Below, in pieces: positions 19,447 to 27,889 of a stretch of DNA of 64,000 bases. Within the stretch, counting starts at the first letter, position 1; every line of letters begins with the position of its first letter. The notes below the pieces were generated by a model that worked only from the letters and a program-made list of their open reading frames with translations, was not told where the DNA came from and searched no databases. Position numbers and translations under genes: made by a program. Location of the stretch: the IMG/VR virus record IMGVR_UViG_3300036771_000090, positions 1 through 64,000 of that record; one strand, written 5' to 3'. The DNA is from a virus.

Positions 19447-19893
19447 ATGATGCCGCTCTGGCTGGCGTACCTGCTCTGTGTTGCCGCGGTCTACCGGCTG
19501 ACCCGGCTGGCCGTCAAAGACGACTTCCCGCCCGTGCTGTGGCTGCGCGATCGGCTGGCCGGCGGCTGGCGGCCACTCACCGCGGCGGAGCGCGCGCAGC
19601 TCTCCGCCGATCCGCTCCGCTCCGCGGTGTCCTGGGCCGGGGACGTACAGGACATCGACCACCAGGACGGCAACGGGAAGACCGCCAGCCGGTACGCACG
19701 CCGGATGGCCTGGGTGCCGGAGTGGCTGGCCGACCTGGTGAGCTGTCCGTGGTGCGCGTCGGGCTGGATCGCACTGGCCGTCACGGCGTACGCCTGGGCC
19801 GCGCTGGACTGGTTCGGCTGGACCCTGGCGCTGCTGTGGTGGATGGCGGTCTGGGCCGGCGCATCCCTGATCGCGTCGAAAAGGTGGGCCTGA
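19447..19893 (+). CDS. DUF1360-like membrane protein
   Basis: AVYRLTRLAVKDD...LVSCPWCASGWIA. Confidence 0.75.
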   Translation: MMPLWLAYLLCVAAVYRLTRLAVKDDFPPVLWLRDRLAGGWRPLTAAERAQLSADPLRSAVSWAGDVQDIDHQDGNGKTASRYARRMAWVPEWLADLVSCPWCASGWIALAVTAYAWAALDWFGWTLALLWWMAVWAGASLIASKRWA

Positions 19894-20261
19894 TGACGTC
19901 GTACTGGATCTTCCTGGGCATGGTCGCGGGTTCGTCCCTTACCCACCTGAGCTACCGCATGTGGGCCCGCGGCGCGGACGTCTTCCGCTTCCGGACGCTG
20001 CTCCACGCCACCCGGGCACTGCCCGGAGGAACGGTGCTGTCCATCGGATACCCGTCCGGCGCCCGGGAGGTATTCGTCAAGCCGGGTGGCCAGGACCACA
20101 TCAGGCCGGCGGACGCCGGTCTGGGTACGGCGATGGGAACGGTGGCCGGTGAGCTGGTCAACGCGGCCAACCGAGTCACCGAACTGTACGCGCAGCACGA
20201 AGGCCGGGACGTCCCGGCCGCGGACGTGATGAAAGCCCTGAGAGGAAGCGAGGAAGCATGA
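19893..20261 (+). CDS. Hypothetical protein with N-terminal TM
   Basis: TGATG coupling. Confidence 0.55.
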   Translation: MTSYWIFLGMVAGSSLTHLSYRMWARGADVFRFRTLLHATRALPGGTVLSIGYPSGAREVFVKPGGQDHIRPADAGLGTAMGTVAGELVNAANRVTELYAQHEGRDVPAADVMKALRGSEEA

Positions 20262-20521
20262 GCACACCCCAGCAGCCGATCCCCTACGACCCCGGCAACG
20301 CTCTTCTGGGACCGCAGCCGGCGGAGATGACGCTGTCTCTGGTGAACACTCCGGCCGGCCAGCAGATGGCCATGACGATCCGGACGTCCACCACTACGCT
20401 GACGGTCTTCCTGGCGAAGGACTCCGGGGAGCAGTGGCGGGACCAGCTATCCGCCATGCTGGCCCAGATGAACGGCCTGATCCTTCCGCCGTCCGCTGTG
20501 AACGGAGCACACCGTGGCTGA
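20258..20521 (+). CDS. Hypothetical protein
   Basis: GAGGA RBS; coupled. Confidence 0.6.
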   Translation: MSTPQQPIPYDPGNALLGPQPAEMTLSLVNTPAGQQMAMTIRTSTTTLTVFLAKDSGEQWRDQLSAMLAQMNGLILPPSAVNGAHRG

Positions 20522-21131
20522 ATGGCGGCTGACCGAAGAGCTGGTTCCGTACGTCTCCACCGCGGAGTTCCACCAGGACCGGGAGCGCGCTCCGCACCTG
20601 GAACAGGAGTGGCACCGGCCCCGGCTGGAGACGGCCGCTTCCTTCGTCCGGGAGATCGCGGCGAAGTGGCCGCGGGATGAGCGGATGCCGACGGTCTCCG
20701 ACCTGGGATGCGGAGACGGGGGTCTGCTGTCGCTGCTGAAGGACTGCCCCGACATCATCGCGGCCTGGGGGTACGACTTCTCCCCCGCCAACGCGGCTGG
20801 CTGGACGGAGCGCGGCGTCAACGCCCGTGCGCTGGACGTCTTCAGAGCCGACTGGCACCGGGTGCACCCGGGTTCCATCGTCGTCATGACCGAAGTCCTG
20901 GAGCACATCGCGGAACCGCACAGCGTGCTGACCCGGCTGTCCATGAACAGGCTGACCCGCTACCTGGTGTGCTCCAGCCCGCGCAACGAACGTCCCGGCA
21001 ACCACAGCCCGGAGCACGCCTGGGCCTGGGACATGGACGGGTACGCGGACATGATCAGGGGAGCGGGCTGGAGGATCGAGCGCCACCAGGGCGTCGGCCT
21101 GTTCCAGGTCGTGATGGCCAGTTCTGTCTGA
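20514..21131 (+). CDS. Class I SAM-dependent methyltransferase
   Basis: DLGCGDG, EVLEHIAEP. Confidence 0.88.
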   Translation: MAEWRLTEELVPYVSTAEFHQDRERAPHLEQEWHRPRLETAASFVREIAAKWPRDERMPTVSDLGCGDGGLLSLLKDCPDIIAAWGYDFSPANAAGWTERGVNARALDVFRADWHRVHPGSIVVMTEVLEHIAEPHSVLTRLSMNRLTRYLVCSSPRNERPGNHSPEHAWAWDMDGYADMIRGAGWRIERHQGVGLFQVVMASSV

Positions 21132-21151
21132 TCATCGTTCATGATGATCCG

Positions 21152-21460
21152 GTGAACAGACTGTTGTTGATCGTTAAAGCTGCTGCACCCGCGGCCGATC
21201 CGGTCACGAACACACTGATCCAGTACGGCGCCATCGGGGTCATCGCCACGATGGCGCTTGCTGCTGTCCGGGTACTTTTCGGCCGGATGGCTGCCGCGCT
21301 GGACCGGGAGACAGCACGTGCGGACCGGCTGGAAGAAGAACTGCGGCGGCTGAACGAGACGATCCGCACGGAGTACACCGCTACGATTGCCCGGACCACA
21401 CAGGCTGTAGCAGACGCGAATCGAGCGGTAGCCGACATGGCCGCGCGCCGCAGGAGTTGA
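21152..21460 (+). CDS. Membrane-anchored coiled-coil protein (start uncertain)
   Basis: QYGAIGVIA TM then ETARADRLEEELRRLNE. Confidence 0.55.
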   Translation: MNRLLLIVKAAAPAADPVTNTLIQYGAIGVIATMALAAVRVLFGRMAAALDRETARADRLEEELRRLNETIRTEYTATIARTTQAVADANRAVADMAARRRS

Positions 21461-21466
21461 TCCCCG

Positions 21467-21640
21467 ATGGCGAATAGTCCGACGGACCGCCTGGTGGCGG
21501 AATCCGAACGGCTGCGCGAATGGCTGTCGAACATGGCCGGGGAACTTCGGACCTTTGCTGACGAACTAGACCATGAAGTACGTGAGCTGCGGGAGGGAGA
21601 GCACCGTGACGACCCCGGAGAACGACGAACGGCTGAATGA
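21467..21640 (+). CDS. Small coiled-coil protein (57 aa)
   Basis: Manual translation MANSPTDRLVAESERLREW...; AGGAG upstream. Confidence 0.5.
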   Translation: MANSPTDRLVAESERLREWLSNMAGELRTFADELDHEVRELREGEHRDDPGERRTAE

Positions 21641-22049
21641 GCTGATCGACATCGGCGCCCGGCTGCTGGGGGAGATCGAGTCCTTCACCCAGGAAGGCGG
21701 CCGGCAGTTCGTCTCCCTGGCCCAGCGTGCGCGGACCAACCGGCGCATGATCACGGTAATCGGTGTCTCCCTCCTCCTGGACGTCGTTCTGACCGTTGCG
21801 ACGGTCTTCGGCTGGGTCGCGGTGTCCCGGAACGAACACCGGATCACCACGCTGACGGAGCGCCTGGACATCGCGCAGACCGTCCAGCGCCAGAAGGCAC
21901 TCTGTCCGCTGTACCAGCTCCTCCTGGACTCGAAGTCCGCGGCCGGGCGCGCCGCTGCTCCCGATCCGGCCGCCTACGATCACGCCTTCAAGGTCATCAG
22001 CGACGGGTACGGCGTGCTGGAGTGCAGCGCCTTCATCAGCGGCCAGTAA
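21606..22049 (+). CDS. Single-TM membrane protein with two C-terminal Cys
   Basis: GGAG RBS; TM ITVIGVSLLLDVVLTVATVFG. Confidence 0.6.
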   Translation: MTTPENDERLNELIDIGARLLGEIESFTQEGGRQFVSLAQRARTNRRMITVIGVSLLLDVVLTVATVFGWVAVSRNEHRITTLTERLDIAQTVQRQKALCPLYQLLLDSKSAAGRAAAPDPAAYDHAFKVISDGYGVLECSAFISGQ

Positions 22050-22116
22050 CCGGCCATCCAGTTCTCCGGCTTCCGGCCGCTATCATCAGCCGCAGGTGAC
22101 AGCGGGAGGCGCGCGC

Positions 22117-23913
22117 ATGGGATGGAACCCTTTCGGCCGGGCCCGGCCTCCGGCTGATCCTCCGCGGGAGCCGGAGGCGCTGACCGCAGCGGCCCAGGTG
22201 GTCAGGAAGCCGGAGTCCCAGTACCTCCAGTACACCCAGAACTGGCAGAACGAAGCCTGGGACTTCTACGATTCGTGCGGCGAAGCCAACTACGGGATCA
22301 CCTGGCTGGCCAACATGCTGAGCCAGGTCCGCCTCCGTGCCGCCCGGATGGCCCCGGGTCTGGACGAACCGGAGATCCTGTCCACCGGCATCCCGGCGGA
22401 GATCATCGGCGCACTGGCCGGCGGTGTGGGCGGACAGTCCCAGATCATGCGCTCCCTGGCCACCCAGCTCTCCGTCCCCGGGGACAGCTACCTGGTGGGT
22501 GAACAGGCCGGAGTGGCGGAGAACTGGACCGTGCGCAGCGTGGACGAAGTCCGCGTCCAGAACCGCAAGTACCAGGTGGTGGCCGACCGAACTCCGACGA
22601 TTGAGTGGCGCGACCTTCCGCCGGATTCGGTGCCGGTGCGGATCTGGCGTCCGCACATGCGCTGGAACTCCGTCGCGGATTCCCCGATGCGCTCCGCGCT
22701 GCCGATCCTGCGAGAGCTGGAACTGGTCAACCGGCACATCACCGCGCAGTACCTGAGCCGGCTGGCTTCGGCCGGCCTGCTTATCCTCCCGGACGAAGTG
22801 GACTTCCCTGTCCGGGAGGAATTCGCGGAGGCGGAAGACCCCTTCGTGGCGGAGTGGATCGAGATCGGCGCACAGGCCATCGCCAACCCGGGTACGGCGT
22901 CCGCGGTGATCCCGATTCCGATCCGCGTTCCCGGTGAGTACGTGGACAAGATCAAGTTTCTGGACTTCACCCTGAAGATCGATGAAAAGATCATCGAAAA
23001 GCGGGACAGCGCGATCAACCGCCTGGCCACCAAGCTGGACATCCCGACCGAAGTCCTGACCGGCATGGGCAAGGTCAACCACTGGACGGCCTGGCAGCTC
23101 GATGAAGGCAGCCTGAAAACCCACATCGCTCCCCTGGTGGAGACCATCTGCTACTCCCTGACCACGGGGTACTACCAGCCGCGCCTGAAGGCCAGCGGCG
23201 TGGAGGATGCAGAGCGGTACGTGGTCTGGTACGACATGTCCGAACTGGCGCTCCGCCCGGACAACTCCACGAACGCGATGGCCGCGTACGACCGGTTCGA
23301 GATCAGCGGGGAGGCGCTGCGGCGGGAGACCGGCTTCGGGGAGGACGACAAGCCGTCGGACGAAGAGCTGCGCGTCATGGCGCTGAAATCGATCATCCGG
23401 GAAGCTCCGGCGTCCGCCAACGCCCCGGAGGCGGTGGACGCGCTGGTGGGTCAGGACGTCCTGTCCACAGCCACCGCGGAGACCGGCTCCCCGGCGTCCA
23501 CCGGGACCGGCGGGGGTACTTCTCCGGGCGACCAGAGCACCGCTGGTCCGGGCGGAGCGGCAGACCCCGGCACACCGGGGACGAAGGACGCGCCGGCCGA
23601 TACCCCGCCGGTGCGCGCCGGTGCGTACTCCCTGGTCCAGATGAAGGCGCTGCACGCTGTCCGCTTCAGCGTGACGCGACCGGCCCAGCTCTACCATCCG
23701 CCGCTGTGCGCGACGCACGCGTACTCCTGCCCGTTCACCCATGCCGCGCTGGGCCGGAGACTGCCCAACCTCTCCAGCGGGACGTACGAATGCCGTCTGG
23801 ACCTGTTCGGGCAGTTGATCGTCGGGCGCCCGGCGCCAGAGATCGACACGTCCGACTGGATTCCGACCATGGGGACACCTGTGGCCCGGCCGAAGGAGCG
23901 CATCCGTGCCTGA
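22117..23913 (+). CDS. Portal protein (cluster B-like) with C-terminal extension
   Basis: WQNEAWDFYD, RIWRPH...ADSP, SRLASAGLLILP, NHWTAWQ; position between terL and head genes. Confidence 0.88.
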   Translation: MGWNPFGRARPPADPPREPEALTAAAQVVRKPESQYLQYTQNWQNEAWDFYDSCGEANYGITWLANMLSQVRLRAARMAPGLDEPEILSTGIPAEIIGALAGGVGGQSQIMRSLATQLSVPGDSYLVGEQAGVAENWTVRSVDEVRVQNRKYQVVADRTPTIEWRDLPPDSVPVRIWRPHMRWNSVADSPMRSALPILRELELVNRHITAQYLSRLASAGLLILPDEVDFPVREEFAEAEDPFVAEWIEIGAQAIANPGTASAVIPIPIRVPGEYVDKIKFLDFTLKIDEKIIEKRDSAINRLATKLDIPTEVLTGMGKVNHWTAWQLDEGSLKTHIAPLVETICYSLTTGYYQPRLKASGVEDAERYVVWYDMSELALRPDNSTNAMAAYDRFEISGEALRRETGFGEDDKPSDEELRVMALKSIIREAPASANAPEAVDALVGQDVLSTATAETGSPASTGTGGGTSPGDQSTAGPGGAADPGTPGTKDAPADTPPVRAGAYSLVQMKALHAVRFSVTRPAQLYHPPLCATHAYSCPFTHAALGRRLPNLSSGTYECRLDLFGQLIVGRPAPEIDTSDWIPTMGTPVARPKERIRA

Positions 23914-26900
23914 CCACCGGCACTTCGTCCCGGCCGCGGTGACCGCGGACGCCGGCGGGGACCACCTGTCCGGCTGCATGATCGCGCTCATGCCCACGGA
24001 GGACGACGCGCAGCGCCTGGCCGTCGAAGGCGGGGAAGCGGCTGCCGATCTCCACTGCACCCTGTTCTACGTCGGGCCCGACGCTTCGCAGTGGGACGAC
24101 CACCAGCGCGCGGAGCTGGTGGACATCCTGCGCAGCATGGTCCAGGAGTCCCCGTTCGGCAGCGCCAACGTACTGACCGCGAACATCTTCGGCGCCGCGC
24201 ACTGGAACGCGGGCAGCGACGCTCCTTCCTGGGTGTGGAACGTCGGGGACCTGCCCGGTGACGATCCGGTGGACGATGACGGGGACGGCCTGGACGACTT
24301 CCACCGGATGGCGGTCGAAGCGCTGGAGTCGGGACATGAACACCCTGATCCGCCTGTCCAGCACACTCCGTGGGTAGCCCATATCTGTGCCCAGTACACC
24401 GATGATCCCGCGCTCCTGGAGACCATGGAGCAGCGCCTGGGCCCGGTCACCTTCGACCGGCTCCGGATCAGCTTCGGTGACCAGGACACCGACATCCCGC
24501 TGAATGTGGACCAGGTGCTCACCGCGGCCGGGCCGCTCCGGCGCAAGCCGAAGGAGTTCGAGCAGACCGCCACGGTGGACTTCGCGCTCATGGACGCCTC
24601 CTGGAAGGCGGCCGTGGACAAGGTGTACGTGGCATGGATGGCCGTGCTCAGTGCCCAGCGCGCGGAGCTGTACCGCCAGATCCAGTCCGCTGTGGACGCC
24701 GGGCGCCTGGGGGATCTGGCCACCATGGACGTGAGCACGGAGCAGGCGGTGACCGTGCTCTCCAGCCACATGGCCGCTTTCGCCAGGACGTGCGGGCTCC
24801 AGCAGCAGCACGAAGCCGACCGCCAGGGCGTACACGTCGAATCGTGGTCCCTGTCCGGTGACGCGGTGACCGCCTCCGCCGTAGGCGACTGGATCAGCCG
24901 GATCGGTTCCTTCGCCCGGGTCACCGCCGGAGCACTGGCGTCCCGGCTGGTGTCCGCGGCGTCCCGGCGCTCCGTCGTGCTGGGCCAGACCGACGAACGC
25001 GGCAGCGAAGTGGCGCGCCAGGTGGATACCGACCTGTCCGACCATCCCCAGAGCTACGTCCGGCAGGAGCTGGCCGCAGCCATGACCGCGGCCCAGAATT
25101 ACGGCCGTCTCGCCGTGCTCACCGCGGCGCCGCCCGGCCGCTACTACGCGTCGGAGATGCTGGACAAGCAGACGTGCAAGCCGTGCCGGGAGATCGACGG
25201 AACCCAGTTCACCGGCCTGGACGCCGCGGATGCCGCCTACCCGGCCGGCGGCTATGTCGAATGCGCAGGGGGATCATCTTGCCGTGGCACCCTGGTCACG
25301 GTCTGGGACGAAGGAGAGGTGGCTTCCGCCGCTCCGGAGGGAGGTGCCGCCGTGGCGGCAACCGAAGAACTGGGTGGCAAGCCCACCAAGGGGACGAAGA
25401 AGGACAAGCGGCTGAAGGAGAACGACACCGCGGCCGTGGACGCGGAGCACTTCGGCCCGGTCAGCGGGCCCGTTTCGGACAAGCCCTGGGACGGAGCGGC
25501 GTCCCGCTTCACGGATGAGCAGTACCAGCGCGCCGCAGCGGCGTGCGATTCCGGGGACAGCACGGTCAAGGAGCGGTGCTTCCTTCCGCACCACGAACCG
25601 GACGGCACCGTCAGCAAGGCCGGCGTCCACGCGGCGGCCCAGCGCGTCAGCTCCCTGTCCGGCCACGATCCCGCGGCCGTGGCGAAGGCGAAGGCGCACC
25701 TGCGCTCCCACTACAGCCAGCTTGGTGAAGACGTCCCGGACTCCCTGAAGGCCACCCTGGGGGACGCGGTGGAGCTGGCCATGGCGCCGGTGGAGTCGGT
25801 GGAGAACTTCGACGTGCCCGCGGAAGGCGCCACCGGGACGACCAGCCCGTGGCGCGGACCGCTGGCGGTGGAGAGCAAGGTCACCGGAGACGGCCGGGAG
25901 TTCGCGGCCGGGTCGCTGACCTGGCGGGACCTGCCGCTCCCGCTGCGCTGGAACAAGGAGGACAGCCACGGCGGGGAGCCGCGCACCGTGGCCGTCAACG
26001 TCGGCCGGATCGACAACATCTGGCGTGAGGGTGACCTGATCATGGGGGAAGGGGTGCTGGACCTGAGCACCCCCGACGGCCAGACCGTCTTCAACAAGAT
26101 CAGCGGCCAGTTCCTCCGCGGCGTGTCGGTGGATGCCGATTCCATCAAGGACTCCGACGTCGAAGTCATCATGCCGGAGGGGACCGGGGACGACGCGGAC
26201 GAAGACCCGCTGATGGCCCTGTTCGCCATGCCGGAGAAGGTGATCTACCACGCCGGCCGGATCTCCGCGGCCACCCTGTGCGACATCCCCGCGTTCGCGG
26301 AAGCGTACATCGCGCTCCTGGACCAGGACGGAGCCGTCACCGCCGGCGGCATCCCGGCCGGTGTGAGCGGCCATGTCCTGATCCGCGGTGTCCCCCGCCG
26401 CACCATCGACGGCCTGGTGGCCGCCGGTCCGCTGGCCACCGACGGCTGGACACCCCCGGCGGAGTGGTTCTCCAACCCGCGCCTGTCCCTGCCCACCGGC
26501 ATCACCGTCACCGACGACGGCCGGGTGTACGGCCACGCGGCCACCTGGGGGAGCTGTCACATCGGGCAGGCGGACGTCTGTGTCCAGCCGCCCCGGGAGG
26601 AGAACCACCCGTACTACATGACCGGAGAGGTGAAGACCCGGGAAGGCGGCCGGGTCTCCGTCGGCCAGATCACCGTGGGGACCGGCCACGCGCCGCTCAA
26701 CGCCGGGGCGGTCCCCGCGACCGAGCACTACGACCACACTGGCCACGCGGTGGCGGACGTCGCGGTGGGCAACGACGATCACGGGATCTGGGTGGCCGGC
26801 GCGATCCGGCCCGGTGCGGACCCGGAGCTGGTCCACGCGCTCCGCGCCGCCGGCCAGGTCTCCGGGGACTGGCGCCGGATCGGCAGCCAGCTCCGGCTGG

Positions 26901-27118
26901 TCGGCCTCCTGGCCGTCAACGTCCCCGGCTTCCCGGTGCCGAAGATGGCCACCCGGATCACCGCCTCCGGCGCGGAAGGCGCCAACGTCCAGATGGCTCT
27001 GGTGGCCGCCGGCCGGCCGGCCTTCGCCCACGGTCTCAGCGACGAAGAGACCACCCAGGCAGCGTTCCGTATCGTCATGGACGCGCTGTTCCACCGCGTG
27101 CACAGGGGAGGTGAATGA
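23906..27118 (+). CDS. Head-maturation polyprotein: 2H phosphoesterase + MuF-like + capsid maturation protease
   Basis: LHCTL...HICAQY (2H); CKPC...CAGGSSCRGTL (MuF-like); TGDGREF...HGG...VGRID...GVSVD (protease-like). Confidence 0.75.
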   Translation: MPDHRHFVPAAVTADAGGDHLSGCMIALMPTEDDAQRLAVEGGEAAADLHCTLFYVGPDASQWDDHQRAELVDILRSMVQESPFGSANVLTANIFGAAHWNAGSDAPSWVWNVGDLPGDDPVDDDGDGLDDFHRMAVEALESGHEHPDPPVQHTPWVAHICAQYTDDPALLETMEQRLGPVTFDRLRISFGDQDTDIPLNVDQVLTAAGPLRRKPKEFEQTATVDFALMDASWKAAVDKVYVAWMAVLSAQRAELYRQIQSAVDAGRLGDLATMDVSTEQAVTVLSSHMAAFARTCGLQQQHEADRQGVHVESWSLSGDAVTASAVGDWISRIGSFARVTAGALASRLVSAASRRSVVLGQTDERGSEVARQVDTDLSDHPQSYVRQELAAAMTAAQNYGRLAVLTAAPPGRYYASEMLDKQTCKPCREIDGTQFTGLDAADAAYPAGGYVECAGGSSCRGTLVTVWDEGEVASAAPEGGAAVAATEELGGKPTKGTKKDKRLKENDTAAVDAEHFGPVSGPVSDKPWDGAASRFTDEQYQRAAAACDSGDSTVKERCFLPHHEPDGTVSKAGVHAAAQRVSSLSGHDPAAVAKAKAHLRSHYSQLGEDVPDSLKATLGDAVELAMAPVESVENFDVPAEGATGTTSPWRGPLAVESKVTGDGREFAAGSLTWRDLPLPLRWNKEDSHGGEPRTVAVNVGRIDNIWREGDLIMGEGVLDLSTPDGQTVFNKISGQFLRGVSVDADSIKDSDVEVIMPEGTGDDADEDPLMALFAMPEKVIYHAGRISAATLCDIPAFAEAYIALLDQDGAVTAGGIPAGVSGHVLIRGVPRRTIDGLVAAGPLATDGWTPPAEWFSNPRLSLPTGITVTDDGRVYGHAATWGSCHIGQADVCVQPPREENHPYYMTGEVKTREGGRVSVGQITVGTGHAPLNAGAVPATEHYDHTGHAVADVAVGNDDHGIWVAGAIRPGADPELVHALRAAGQVSGDWRRIGSQLRLVGLLAVNVPGFPVPKMATRITASGAEGANVQMALVAAGRPAFAHGLSDEETTQAAFRIVMDALFHRVHRGGE

Positions 27119-27232
27119 CCGTGTTCCACCGGTCGCGGTATTCTCAGAACGGTGTCCCGTTCCGCTGTTCCTGGTGGCAGATCGGGGACCGCATCTTCCG
27201 GTACCGGGAACTCCCTGGGAGGTGAACCCCTG

Positions 27233-27286
27233 ATGTGCGGATGCAACCAGCCCGCTCCCCCGCCCCCGCCGGCCCCCGGCCAGTGA
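27233..27286 (+). CDS. 17-aa microprotein MCGCNQPAPPPPPAPGQ
   Basis: Strong GGGAGGTG RBS; ends just before terminator. Confidence 0.4.
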   Translation: MCGCNQPAPPPPPAPGQ

Positions 27287-27290
27287 GACC

Positions 27291-27323
27291 CGGAACCCCC
27301 GCCCCCGCCCGGCGGGGGTTCCG
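27291..27323. terminator. Bidirectional terminator-like hairpin
   Basis: CGGAACCCCCGCC / GGCGGGGGTTCCG between convergent genes. Confidence 0.75.
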
Positions 27324-27327
27324 CCGT

Positions 27328-27768
27328 TCACGGGGTCCGGTTCAGCAGCTCCTTCAGGTCGTCCATGTCGTTGCTGGCCTTCAGGGAGTCGGTCAGGAAA
27401 CGGTCCGAACCGGAGTCGATGTCCCCGGCCACGGTCAGCGCGTCCGTCATCACCCGGTCGTACCCCGTGTCGATGTCCGGGTGGCCGGCCGGCGCCGGGA
27501 CCAGCAAGCCGGCTTTCGCGGCGCTGCGCAGCTCCGCTACCTCCGGCCGGCCGTGCAGTACCGCTCCCGACGCGGATGCGTCACCCAGCGATGTGTACGC
27601 GGCGGACAGTGCGTCCACCGGGATGAAGGCTTCGGTGTACCAGCTCTCCAGGGACTGCATGGAGGCGGACGGAGCTGCGGACCGGTCCGGAGTGCTGCCG
27701 GAAGATCCCCCGCATCCGGCCAGTACGGCGGCCAGCAGAGGAACGGCCAGGAATTGCATGGATCGCAT
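27328..27768 (-). CDS. Lipoprotein (possible superinfection exclusion/moron)
   Basis: Lipobox LAGC; AAAGG RBS; only antisense gene in head operon. Confidence 0.75.
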   Translation of the reverse strand: MRSMQFLAVPLLAAVLAGCGGSSGSTPDRSAAPSASMQSLESWYTEAFIPVDALSAAYTSLGDASASGAVLHGRPEVAELRSAAKAGLLVPAPAGHPDIDTGYDRVMTDALTVAGDIDSGSDRFLTDSLKASNDMDDLKELLNRTP

Positions 27769-27889
27769 GGACTAATCCTTTCCTTTTACCGGTCCACAAT
27801 AGTCTCTGACCTTTGGAAATGCGGTTATCCGGCTGCTACCTTGACGGCAAACATCATCCCGCCTTCGCCTCTCAGCCGGAGGAACTGCC

